This document shows positions 13,481 through 25,190 of a stretch of 64,000 bases of DNA, one piece after another. The position numbers and the translations under genes are program-made. How positions within the stretch are numbered: position 1 is the stretch's first letter; each line of letters opens with the position of its first letter. The DNA is from Callorhinchus milii (lineage: Eukaryota): the NCBI RefSeq assembly GCF_018977255.1, contig NW_024704757.1, forward strand, positions 13,640,001-13,704,000, given 5' to 3'. The notes under the pieces were generated by a model. The model was not told where the DNA came from, did not search any database, and worked only from the letters and a program-made list of their open reading frames with translations.

Positions 13481-13740
13481 AATTGTTTAAAGAGTGCAGC
13501 CACCGAAGTCTTGGAGCAACATTAAGTCATTAACTCTTCATTTCACTTCGGGTCAATTTAACTGGAAAGGCTGCCCTTATTCAAGGTTTATATGGTTCTA
13601 AAATATACATGTTGATGCAACAGCAGAACTTAACATGGAAAAACATTTTGCTTGCGTCGGAAAAAATTGACAGTGTGTACATCAGCTAAGAAATCAACAG
13701 TGATTCAATAAACTGACCATTCACAGCACATTGCGATTTG

Positions 13741-13851
13741 ATAACAATAATCCCTGCATTTGATACAGCGTCTTATTCACAACGTCGCGACGTCTCAAAG
13801 CGCTTCACAGGATATATTGTAAAGTGTCGTGACTGTGTTTTGTGGGCGAAC
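13741..13851 (-). mobile_element. 5'-truncated SINE tail ending at GGGCGAAC
   Basis: aataatccctgcatttgatacagcg...gtctcaaagcgcttcacag...tttgtgggcgaac. Confidence 0.9.
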
Positions 13852-13996
13852 TAATTGAAACGCTTAAATGAGAACATCTATCTGCTGTTATCCCAGTCTT
13901 AGTACCATTAAAAACGAGTTGCAGAATTACGCCCCTTTTTTTTTACACACAAAGAAAATCGTTATAACCAATCGCAGCTGGTCTCGATGCAGGCCA

Positions 13997-14240
13997 GGCT
14001 CAGTCTTGCCTCTGCAGTAGAAAGTTGTGGGCTCAAGCCCTTCATTGAGACTTGACCTCAGTGCAGTAATGGCAAACTACTGTGGAGTCGGAATCGCTGC
14101 CTTTCAGAGGAGGTGTTAAACCAAGGAGAACTTTACTTCTCTCATGGCATCATTAATGCCTAACTAAACAAGCAAGGTTCTCTTAATGCTGTGGCCAATT
14201 GTCCTGGCCAGGTAAATTGCACAGACTACAATGTGACAGC
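13997..14240 (+). mobile_element. Old DeuSINE, 5' part
   Basis: ggctcagtcttgcctctg...gttgtgggctcaagccc...gagacttga...ctttcagaggaggtgttaaaccaagg...gtcctggcca. Confidence 0.75.
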
Positions 14241-15526
14241 ATGGAAACAGGACATTCAGTCCATCTCGTCTGTGTCGGTTTTCCCCCTTAAACACCTCTA
14301 TGCCCTCAAGTGTGCGTAAATCGCAGGAGTTCACTCGCGTTTGCCTACAGAAGGTGACACTTGATGGTAAACACAAAGCACCTGCAAAGCGCTTAGAGAC
14401 GTTTCAACATGGTAAAACGCCAGCCAAATGACATTTTGGCTTTGTTTCTTTCTGCTGATATTTTCAATCTCCGTGTTAACCCAGCCAAGCCTGTGACACG
14501 ATCAGGTGAATTGACTTGGCTTGAAGGAGATACCGAGCTCGACGGCAATGAGGGAAGATGATGGGAGGTGCAGCCATCCACCCAGACTGTATCAAAAACC
14601 ATGGGATTTCAGCTGAAGTACAATAATTCTACTGTGTCTGTCAAGCTCGGCAATTTCCGTTCTTTCCGGTGATGTCACCAACATTTAATTTAAAGAAAGC
14701 GTATTCAAATACTTTAAATAAAGCCCGTTTGTGTGTGTGTGTAAAAAAAAAAGTCACAATTACCAGCTTGATTTTCTAAACAAATCTTTAAACTTCCTCC
14801 TTAAACTTACGCACAATTTTTTTTTATCGTCTCCCCAAAACAAATCTGCGCGATGGCAAGACAATTACTGCACAATGTTCCATAAGGAACCATCAGATAA
14901 TGGCTCTTTAAAGAACCTAATGCAATTTTCTTTTAAATTAAGTCGCTGTTCTGAAGAATTGCTGACCACTACGTAATAACTGACATCAAATGATCTCTTT
15001 TTTCACTGATGCAATCATCTCTGTGCTTGTTTCATGTTGACACAGTTACCAAGGGGTTAATGCAAGAATATTTGTTAGTCCACGTTCTTTGTTCCTGTGC
15101 TATAATTAGGCTGAAAGGCTCAAAGACAGGTAAACACGCAGGCATTAGAGGAATCACAATGGTTATGTTACTTCAAATTATAATGGGAACTGTTTGTGGG
15201 TCTCACAAGGTTACACCATTACAATTCAAAATGTAAATTAACGAAGACTGCAGGTTCTTGAGTGCAGAACCAAATCTGCTATGTAGTGTAGTTAAGCGGC
15301 GCACATTATAGTAATAAATGGAGGATGGAGGTTACAATGATCTGCGATTCCGATCTTCTTGTGCCAACCCAAGTTGATTACACAAACAGCCCGTTACAAC
15401 ACTCAATAACTATAATTCCCCTAACGTTGCTACTCATCAGAAGAACTATTGCATGCAAACTTTTATATTTTAAAACAACAGCGAATTAAAGGTTGGCATT
15501 TGACAGATCCCATCAAGATGCATCAT

Positions 15527-15904
15527 GGAGTCTTGTAGTTCAATGGTTAGAGCACTCGCCTCGCAAGTGAGAGACCTGGGTTCGAATCCCGGCAGGGCGA
15601 AATGTTGGGCAAGTTTCCTTACTCCACACGCCTCTGTTTACCGAGCAGCAAATAGGAACTCGGTTGTTAGTCAATTGGCAGATCGCTTTTCCAGGGGGTA
15701 ATAATTCCTTCAAAAAAAAAAAAAAAAATTGGTCACTTCGATCCACGACTGTTTGTGGGATCTGCTGTGTGCAATCGGCTGCCGCTTTTCGCCCACAAAA
15801 TAGACAGTCAATTCACTTTACAGTATATTCTGTGAGGAAGCACTTTGAGACGTCTCGAAGACATGATAAGGGGCAATATCAAATGCAAGGATCATTATTA
15901 TTAT
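15527..15904 (+). mobile_element. Full-length tRNA(Ala)-derived SINE, long form
   Basis: A box tagttcaatgg, B box ggttcgaatcc, CGC anticodon-like loop, central gggcaagtttccttactccacacgcctctgtttaccgagcagcaaatagg, Deu 3' part and L2-type tail ending (att)n. Probably related to elephant-shark SINE2-1_CM (from memory). Confidence 0.95.
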
Positions 15905-16370
15905 GATGAAATATTAATAATTTCTCTATTTTCACTTGATTTCCTTCCAGCTACTTTTTACACTGTAACATTTATTTTAATTCTGAATGCGGTTGATGCA
16001 TCAATGGTCAACCCCATAAGCAAGAAAGACTTTTAAGATGCGTTCTGTACAGTGAGTTATCTATCAACTAAATTACTGAAGAGATTGCATTGAACTAAGG
16101 TCTAATTCATCTGTCACTAGTATGCTTCTAGACTTTGGCTGAAACCTTTATAAAAAAGCCTCATCTCTTGGCTTTCCTTCAAAAGGTAAGGATTACAAAC
16201 AATTCAGATTAGTTTCAAAACATTTTCTATTTCTTTCACCACCCATATCAAAATGATACCTTTATGTAATTAAACAATGGAAAGGATTAGCAAATCACCT
16301 GCGTTTGCTGGAAGAGAATTAGGGCTATGGTCTTTCATCCTTATCTACATTTTAGTCCTCATTATCAGAT

Positions 16371-16520
16371 CATAGAATCACAGAAATTTATAGGCCATTC
16401 CACCTCTCAGGGAAAGGTACTCATTCAAATCCACCGCTCTGCCTTATCTCTATACCCGTTCCAGAGTCTTTCCTTCAAATAACTAACTGCCTACTTCTCT
16501 CTTAAAACCCATAATGGATG
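16371..16520 (-). mobile_element. CR1 LINE 3' end remnant
   Basis: catagaatcacagaa...ggccattc...tctctataccc...tttccttcaaataact, the typical antisense CR1 terminus. Confidence 0.6.
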
Positions 16521-16560
16521 AAGTAGCTTGAAAGAATGACTGCTTTGCAATGACATTCTT

Positions 16561-16850
16561 GCAACAACTTGAATTTATGATAATAATCCTTGCATTTGAT
16601 GTAGCGCCTTATCACCTCGTTGAGACGTCTCAAAGCGCTTCACAGAATATACTGTAGAGTGAATCGACCGTATATTTTGTGGGCGAATTTATACAGTGTC
16701 ACTTACACAGATAGAACAACGTCAAAGTGCTTAACAACGGGAGTGACGGGGATGAAACAAGGAGTGGAAAGAATTGAGAGGTGACCAAAGGCAGAGTCAA
16801 AGAGAAAGGTCGTTGGGAGGGAGTGATTTTTAAAGTTAGAGTGAGTCAAA
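16561..16850 (-). mobile_element. L2 LINE 3' end interrupted by a SINE tail
   Basis: caacaacttgaatttat|SINE|acagtg...caaagtgcttaaca...aggtgaccaaaggcagagtcaaagagaaagg. Confidence 0.7.
16580..16687 (-). mobile_element. 5'-truncated SINE tail with target-site duplication
   Basis: High-identity tail ending gggcgaa, flanked by GAATTTAT at 16571-16578 and 16685-16692. Confidence 0.93.
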
Positions 16851-16988
16851 CCAAGCAGATTACACAAATAGGAACTGACTGAGCTGCAGATATTATTGTA
16901 AATCCTGATGAGGATCTTAAAAAAAACATACCCTTGGGAATCCCGATGTTGATGTGCTAAATTTCATTGTAATACCCACTCAGAGGAA

Positions 16989-17008
16989 TGTGTGTGTGTG
17001 TGTGTGTG
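16989..17008. repeat. (TG)10 microsatellite
   Basis: Read directly from the sequence. Confidence 0.95.
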
Positions 17009-20000
17009 TTGGAGGGTGCAGTCAATCACACTTCAAATTCATTGGATCCTGGGCAAATATAAAATATAATCTCGTGCGCCATAATATTAATACAGATATG
17101 TAAATGCCAGCTCTGCCTCAGCTAAAACTTTGCTTAACAATGGTCATAAAGCACTTGGCAATGAAATGAAATGACCTGCCCGTCCAACCATTGTTCCCAA
17201 TCATTTCCACCCGCCACAGAGGACACGTGGGTCCAAAAAGGGTTAATGTGTTCGTTAATGATTTGCAACAAACAAGAAGGTTAATGCCTTCAAAAGATAA
17301 ATGGGAGATTTGAATAGAATACCACTTCACAAGTGAATAGACTCCATTACATAGTGTTGCGTATTAGGCCATCAGACAAGGGAATTATTAGAATTGGCTG
17401 ATAGAGATTGGGATCTCAGTGCCAGACCTACATTTGACAAGAATTTGTTTTAATTTTAACCTCAGTTACCATTTGTGATTCACTTGCCAAAATGCCTTAC
17501 GATTTTTTGTTATTAAATTAACTTAAATATTATGATGATATGGTTAATAATTCCTTCAAAACTGCACTGGGGAAATTGATTGCACATGAAGCTGTGGGAA
17601 TAGTCTCTAAGGAGGGTGATCACAGTTTTTAGCCTTTGAGGAATCAGTGCCACGATTCATACATTATACATCTGAAGACCTACAAGGGAACACATTTCCA
17701 GGCGTATAAAGGATGGTTTAAATTGTGTCATGCAGTTTTACATGACTTGTGCAGTACACCAATTAGAGTATTTATCAAAGAGGAGACACCACTGAATTTG
17801 GCAGCAGAAAAAACAAAATTCTAATAAGTCTGAAAGGGAGAAAAAAAATTGTCATTAACAGCAACTGGAAGATACAAATAATAAATTATTCACGACTCCT
17901 GAGGGAAGGTGTTGCTGAAAAAGCTCAGACCTATTCAAAGATCAGAAACAAACCTGACAAGAGAAGTATCGACAAAGACAATTCAATCATTATTATTCCT
18001 GCATCTGCTGTTTACAAAGACAGCCTTTCCTCTAGTTTCCAATTAGAACTGTAAAAATACTCTGCCTCGCACACAGAGATTTTTCTCTTTAAATTCTGCA
18101 TTTGAATACTACACCAACATTACAGAGAGGGCAAAAGTTGAATATTCGTCACGACTAATTCTGGGTTTTGGAGCAAGCGTATTATTATCCGTTTACTGTC
18201 ATAGAAAAGTCATGGAGTGACAGATTCTGGGCAATTGCAACTTTTTTTTTGCGCAATTAGAGCCTTTCAAAAAAGTTGCATGCATTTTTATTTTTAACAT
18301 TTACCTGGGTTTATATTCACTTCCCAGGGCAGACTCTTGTGTTAAATACTATGAAAAAAATACAAGGGTGATTAGAATTTCTCCAAGGGGTAATATCCAA
18401 AGCATGAAAGCACCCAAATTTCTGTTTCTTTATGATTGGACCGTACATGTAAAATGCAATATAATAATCTGTTAATATAATTAATGAAAATTATATTGTT
18501 TAATCATATGCAAAGTAACATGGTTCCATATTTTCCAAAACTTATTTCAGATTCCTTTAATCTATAATACAAAGCAATATTAATAGACTAATAAAAGTGT
18601 GGGAGCAAATTATACTGCACGTCCTCTTGTATAAGTCTGCATCAATTTCCAATAATACCTCATTTTATTTATAAACTGTAATTTTTAAAAATAAAATTTT
18701 TTTGTCACTTTATCCTACCAATTTTTTTTAGGATTTATTTAACAAGTCACAAAGTCTGCGCACATCTTAAATCCGCTCAACATTTTCTTTTAATAATTTT
18801 AACCGGTATTTTCATTCATTCACGATGAGACTAAAGTGGTACAAAGTCAGTGTACGTTAGCAAAGCCAATAACAGGCATCAATTGAGAACCTTACGAATG
18901 CCAATCACATTCAAAAGAACAATCAAACCAGTCTGCCCAAATGCTATTGCAATGTAATTTTAACGGTTGGTCTGTGAGGTTCTTGTTTAAAATAATTTCA
19001 GTAAAACACATGCAAAATGATACAATCTACATATAGAAGCATTGCATTTGTTTGAACGTACAGACTCAAGTACCAAAATACTACAACAAATATGTACCTA
19101 TTAATCATTTTAAGAACCCTTGCACGCCCGACAAATACATACAATAAAAACTACAGTGTTTCAAGAAAACAGCCCGATTTTCCAGCATTTGGTGATGGTG
19201 AAAATCTAGTTGAACTTAGAATTTCTTTCTCCTTCGTAATTACGTACTTCTTAGGCTCTTAAAGAGAGGCTACATTCCTTTTAACAGGAAAACACAAATT
19301 CTGTCTAATATACTAGCCCCACGCAGTGCTATTGTTTCAGTGCGCACGAGTTAATTATCTCTGGCTAGGATATGCCACAAAAAATTAACATTCTCGTAAA
19401 GACATCACAAGCAAACACGCAAATTGCAAACACGGGAGGGTCAGGGGAGCAAGTCAATTTTGTCTGGAGATAAAAGAACTGTCATGTATATGAATGCCAG
19501 TGAAAAGGAAGAGGGCATCCAAAGGCTTGTTATCATCAGTTAATTAGCCACTACAGTCAGGCATGCATATACTGGAACATTTGCCATGGCAATAAAATGT
19601 ATTATTCAGACGCAAGACAAACAAAGATGACTCCACTTGTAATAAGCTGAAAATACAATTCGCCAGACAAAGGTGGTGAATTAACCTTCTTTTTATATAA
19701 AAACACATAACTTCACACCAAAAACATGTGTGCCTGGTGATGGTTTACAAACAAAGCTATCACCTTTGCCTCCAAATTCTTCCCCCCCCTCCCCCCCCAA
19801 TGCAAATACTACACGCTCACAGTTGTGGGCTGCTCCGAATTCGATTCACCATCCAAGGCGACAACATTTGAGTGAACGCAAATGACAAAAGCAATTCACC
19901 AGGCAGTAACACCCATGTTATGATCTTCAATATAAATTCTTCAGTTAGTGAGACTTGTACACATGACCCGAGTGTGCGCACGTTTACAGCACAAAAGGGA

Positions 20001-22279
20001 GCACTGGCTAACCTCCGACAACGCTGTGCACTAATCGAGAATAAAAATAAAATTAATAACAGCTTTGAAAACGATGTGATGATACAGTCAGATGCCTGGG
20101 ATCCTATCAGCTATCCCGAAGCAATTCTAAGGGAAGAACAGCATTGCCAATCTCATTGTTCCAACAAAACGATTGCTTTCATTCTTCAACACCCCCCCAC
20201 CCCCACTCCTCCCCCTCTCTCTCCCCCCCCTTAAAAATATTCTGACAATATCTGGCATTAAATTCAATAACAAAATTAGGATAACATCGGACGTCAAATA
20301 AATCAATAGAAAATCAATTATGTTGTCAAAACTAAGATGTATTACTTGCAATTTTCCATTTGGTAGTTCAAATGAAACTGAGACAGCATTTGTGGTCAGC
20401 GAGTTTAGTTTAAGGTTACATTTAGATTCCAGCAGAGATGAGGAAATTCCTTTACCTGCCCTCGGAAAGGGAAAGATTAATACACTGAACCTGGCAGACA
20501 AACACAAATAAACATATTGAAACCTCTTCCATCTCGTGCTTATTCCAACAAAAAAGCCATAAAAGGTTGAAAAGTATTCTGTCGCTTGGATTTCTATCGA
20601 GTCGTTCCCCCACTCACCCTCCCACCCCCCCCCCTCCTCTTATCTCAAGTAATTTCTACGTGTAAGTGAATCACAGAAGCATCTTGCTCTCAAAATAAAG
20701 TGAAACGTGTATATCCAAGATTTTTTTTTCCGTTCACTGATCTGCCATATCGATAAGACTCCAGTATCTAAACCATAACATTTGTCTGGAACACGAGCAC
20801 ACATATAAAATACAGAGTACCTTTTCCTAACCCCCGCACACCCCTACTCCCGCTTTAATGGAGCAAACAACTAAAACACATTCCTTGCAAGGTTTCCGGG
20901 AATAGATATGCACAGTGAGTGCTTCAATCTAGTTCGGCAAGGCTCCAGACTTTCATTCATAAAGAAGACATGTATTGACCCAAGCACTCTGAATTTTAAA
21001 GATCCTCTAAATCTCTCTTCCATAACGCACATGCTATTTGATGGAGGGCAAAGCGAGTCCATTTGCTGCATTTCCCCCAGCTTTTCCCCTCCTCCTCCTC
21101 CTCCTCACAAGTTAAAAGCCTCCCGTGTACATACGTGGCACCAAATTCACGGCATTGTCAAGTTAGTTCAAGCTTTAGTGGAATGAAGTTAAATCATGTG
21201 GCACCATTTGACCAATATATATCGTGTCAGTAGTGCTTATGCATAGGGAAAGGTAAAAACCTTGAACTATTTCTATTGAAGGAATTTGACGGACGCTGGC
21301 GTCATGTCAAGTAAATTATGTTGCGTCATTTGCTGATGTTTTGTTGTGTTTTTCAGGACAATGATGCCAGCTTTAGTTAAGAGCATGTGGATTGCAATGT
21401 CTTTCTTGCTTATCTTTGGATCAGTTTCTGTTCTTATTTTTCAGAAGACATTTTGTGAGCCATGGCATTTATCATCTGGTTTGAATGAGGGTGAGTTGGG
21501 TGGGGGGGGGGGGGGTTGGTTAGGCGGTGAACCAACACTCTAATGATAAGGTGGCTCTAGTTGGGGAATTATTGTGCTAAGTGTTTACTAGTGGTCTGGC
21601 ATTGTGGTTTGGTAAATGATAATAATAACGCTAACTTAGAAATAACATTGCATTATAAATGTGAAGTTAAAAAAGAAACTTGAACTTGTATTAGTTATCT
21701 CTACGAACACACAAGCACCTTTGCGGAATTTACTGAGTGGAAGACAGCAGTGAATTCACTTCAAGGAGAGCACATGGTGAAACAATCTGGTTTATACTTA
21801 CCATATAACGCACAAGGTGCAAGGAACAAAATGGGGCATTAAAGTATGAAATAAATCACTGCAAGAAATAAGGCCACTAAAGGCAAACGTCACCTGATGT
21901 ACTCTCACTACCCACGTAGACTTGTGGGCTAAATGCCAACACATCCTAATATACCTGTCCCTAAGAAGTTCATGCTATTTAAATGTAATGAAAGATGACA
22001 CCTGAATTCTGGTATCAATGTCTGTCTTCAAAACTTCACGGGATTCAATCTAAATTTTTATGAAACCTAAATGGAAATTTTTGAGGGAGGGAGAGAGAGA
22101 GAGAGCGAGAGCAGGGCAGAAATACACTGAAATGAAAGTGGAACTTACGACCATATTCAATTTTCAGCAATTAGCCAGAACAGAACTGTTGACTATGGGA
22201 TTCTGTTGGATAATGCAATTCTGTGTGTAAGTAGTAACCTGTGATCTCTAATTCTACGCTGCCTTCTTAACTAGGACAT

Positions 22280-22558
22280 TAGTATATAAGATTTTAAATG
22301 GGATTTTTGAAATTAAAACTGGAACAGCAGATTGTAAAGAGCAATTTCAGGACAGACACCAGGAAGCACTTATTTCAAAGGCTAATTAATGACAGGAATA
22401 GGTTACAGGAAGGCAATTGAGACCAGGACGCTGGCCTTTTTTTTAATAAAAAAACATTTTAGTGCTGTATTGGGAGGATGGTAGGTTGTGCATTCAGAAA
22501 AACAAGATTAAACGGGCTGGAACGATCTTTTTCATCTGAATATTACTTGCAATCTTAC
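22280..22558 (+). mobile_element. CR1 LINE 3' fragment
   Basis: gtatataagattttaaatggga...ttcaggacagacaccaggaagcacttatttca...aacgggctggaacgatctttttcatct...tacttgcaatctta. Confidence 0.6.
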
Positions 22559-22583
22559 AGATTGAACATTTACTTTATTGCTA

Positions 22584-22700
22584 TTTCGCCCACAAAAATC
22601 TACAGTCAATTCACTTTACAGTATATTCTGTGAAGTGTTTTGAGACGTCTCGAAGACGTGATAAGGCGCTATATTCAAATGCATGGGTTCTTATTATTAT
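22584..22700 (+). mobile_element. 5'-truncated SINE tail starting at TTTCGCCCAC
   Basis: tttcgcccacaaaaatctacagtcaattcactttacag...gagacgtctcgaagacgtgataaggcgctata...ttattattat. Confidence 0.93.
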
Positions 22701-22843
22701 TTGTGGGACATTTCCCTGCGCAAATTGGCTGCTGGGTTCACCTACAAAATACAGTCACTGAATTTCACAGTAAATTCTCTAAAGCCCTTTGAGACGTCCA
22801 CACAAAGTGAAGGGCCCCATACCAAATGCAAGGATTATTATTA
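22701..22843 (+). mobile_element. Older SINE 3' half, directly after the previous copy
   Basis: ttgtgggaca...gcgcaaattggctgct...aaatgcaaggattattatta. Confidence 0.88.
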
Positions 22844-23209
22844 CCTTGTGATGGGAGCAAACCAGTGATGGACTTTCATTCTTGCTTTGTCAGCTTTGCT
22901 AAGACAATTGTGAATGTGAAGTTGACAACAGATCAGTGAGTTTATCAGTGGGAGTGGTAGCAGAGGCTGTTACAGAGAGAACACATCCAACCGTGTAATG
23001 CGGCAACATCAGAAGCACAAGTGAGATTCATGCAGCATGAATTTTGTAGTGTTTGATAAGGCAAAGGAATTTAATAGTAGAAGAGACACATCATTTGCTT
23101 TTCCTGCTCGTCTCTGTACTACAAAGAAACACATTTAAAGAGCACTCCAGGATAAGGCTTTACAATGACTTTATCTTCGAGTATTCATGGATGCAAAATA
23201 ATTTTTTTT

Positions 23210-23395
23210 TAAAAAATCACCAGGAGGTGACTGAACTCCTGATTGCTACTGTCATGTTCATCATCTCCAAGATTAGACACTGAAGCAATTTGTTTGCCAC
23301 AGCTTTGGGTCTAGCCAAGCTACTGAATGAACTTTGGGCCAGTTTGGGGATGGGTGGGTGGCGAGGCAGGTCAGGGGAGGAAGAAGAACAGGGAT
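23210..23395 (+). repeat. Fragment of unassigned old repeat ('family B')
   Basis: tcctgattgcta at 23237, plus a purine-rich tcaggggaggaagaag end like that of the 42609 copy. Confidence 0.4.
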
Positions 23396-23489
23396 CCTAA
23401 ACTGAAGTGAGGTCTATTATTTTTCTGGCTCTTAGCAACCCAGCAAAACGGGTAGGTACCAGTTGTGAAGTTAGATATCTAGAGGGAGA

Positions 23490-23810
23490 TCCTTGACTCT
23501 TTCCTTTTAATGTAGCGTTTTCCAACTCCACGCCCATCCCTCCTGCTCTCCCAATTCTGGCCTGTTTCACTTCCACCCGCGCCCTCTGCTCACTGGGCGA
23601 GCTTTCAGCCTCTTTGCTTGGCTCTCTGGAACTCTCTTCCAAAGTCCCTCTGACTTGCTCTGCTTCCTCGTTCAAAAGCTGCTCTTTGACTCTCTTTGCA
23701 ACTTGTCCCCTTCCATCACCTGCCCAGATCAGTCGGACACTCAGTATCTGCAAAGTGCTTTGAGACATTCTGCCTGTGTGAAAGGCATTATACAAGTGCA
23801 AGTTGTTTTA
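23490..23810 (+). mobile_element. L2 LINE 3' end (ORF2 C-terminus and tail)
   Basis: Encodes remnants such as SPNSGL and GRAFS, then ctctggaactctcttcc (LWNSLP-like), ending aaagtgctttgagaca...gtgaaaggcattatacaagtgcaagttgtt. Confidence 0.8.
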
Positions 23811-24504
23811 CTTTGTTATAAAGGAAGCTTTTTTTTTTGCCCCCCACACAAATTGGAGGCCTTGACAGTTGCCAGCGCTATCTTCGTGTTACGCTCGTGT
23901 AATGGGATTTCCTATTTTAGAGACAAACAGATCGCTGGTAATAGATTTAAATTGAAATTTGATAATCACTCCTCAGGGTCAATCGCTGGGTCTTGTCAGT
24001 TTATTTACTCGAAGTGTTCCTGCAGAAACACACCTCATCATTACCGTGTTGGACCCACAACAGACAAGTGGTGGCAGCCTCCACTCTATATATAAGCAGC
24101 TTATTCCCCAGTTAATCTGCATTGCAGTGCAGTGATCAAGCCCACCTGGAACAGTAATGGAGTGAGGCAGCTACTTTTATTCTGCCCACTCGCATCTGAA
24201 TTAAAGACAGAGCTTCTTATGCACACTGCTCACCAACTTCTGATGCTCGGTCGCACATAGCACCAGCCATATCAAACCTGCATTGTACTTGGTGCAATGG
24301 GCTGCACTGCATCAATACTAAATGCATTATTGGCTCATTGGTCTCCATGGGAGAAAACCGCCAACTGCTGCAAAAGGGGATGTTTTAACCTTACACTCAA
24401 AGAAGTTTCTGGGAATAAATCGTCACTCTACTGCATTGAACAATGCTTGGTCAGACCCGATGGTTAGCTACTGGGAAGCAGTGTACCACCAAAAGCAGCA
24501 AATC

Positions 24505-24660
24505 CAGACTTGTACAGTGCCTTTCATGTAGGCTGAACCTCTCAAAGCACTTTTCACAAGGGTGATAGGGATCACCATGATAGGGCGAAGTTTGAGATGG
24601 GGCCAAAGGCTTGGTGACAGAGACAATTTTTAAGAGGGTTTTAAAGAAAGAGTAAGAAGG
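24505..24660 (-). mobile_element. L2 LINE 3' end remnant
   Basis: gtgcctttcatgt...ctcaaagcactt...ccaaaggcttggtgacagaga...ttttaagagggttttaaag. Confidence 0.65.
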
Positions 24661-24721
24661 TGCAAGTCACTGTTACTGAGTGGAAGCTGAATTGATTCAC
24701 ACCATCTGCTCAGGGTGAATC

Positions 24722-24835
24722 AATAATAATAACCCTTGTATTTGAAACAGGGCCTTATCATGTCTTCGAGACGTCTCAAAGTGCTTCACAGGATACACTG
24801 TAAAGTGTAGTGACTGTATATTTTGTGGGCGAAAC
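24722..24835 (-). mobile_element. 5'-truncated SINE tail ending at GGGCGAAAC
   Basis: (aat)n...gagacgtctcaaagtgcttcacag...ttttgtgggcgaaac. Confidence 0.93.
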
Positions 24836-24999
24836 AATCTGTCGTCTCGGTAGATGCACTCCAGCACGAATCACTATGGAATTTCACAACTCGCACCCAA
24901 TTGCTACTAACTCCTCATGGTGAACGGCCTTTGGAAAGCGCAGTGTTAAAATGGCTCCAGTTCGAGACGTTATAGTTCTATAGTTGGTCTTTCTCTTTG

Positions 25000-25190
25000 T
25001 GCAAGGGAGTATCTCCCTGTGTCCTGCCCAACAATCCCTCAAACAAACTGGTTGTTCAGTTCTCACGGCTGTTTTGTGCAACGTTGCCGTGTGTAAATTG
25101 GCTGCCATGTTCGCCTACAAATGCACAGTCACTACGCTTCACAGCACGTCCCCGCGAGCCCTCCGAGACGTTTCAACACGGTAGGCGTTT
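25000..25190 (+). mobile_element. Old DeuSINE 3' half
   Basis: agggagtatctccctgtgtcctgcccaacaatccctcaa...aaattggctgccatgttcgcctacaaa...gagacgtttcaac. Confidence 0.8.
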
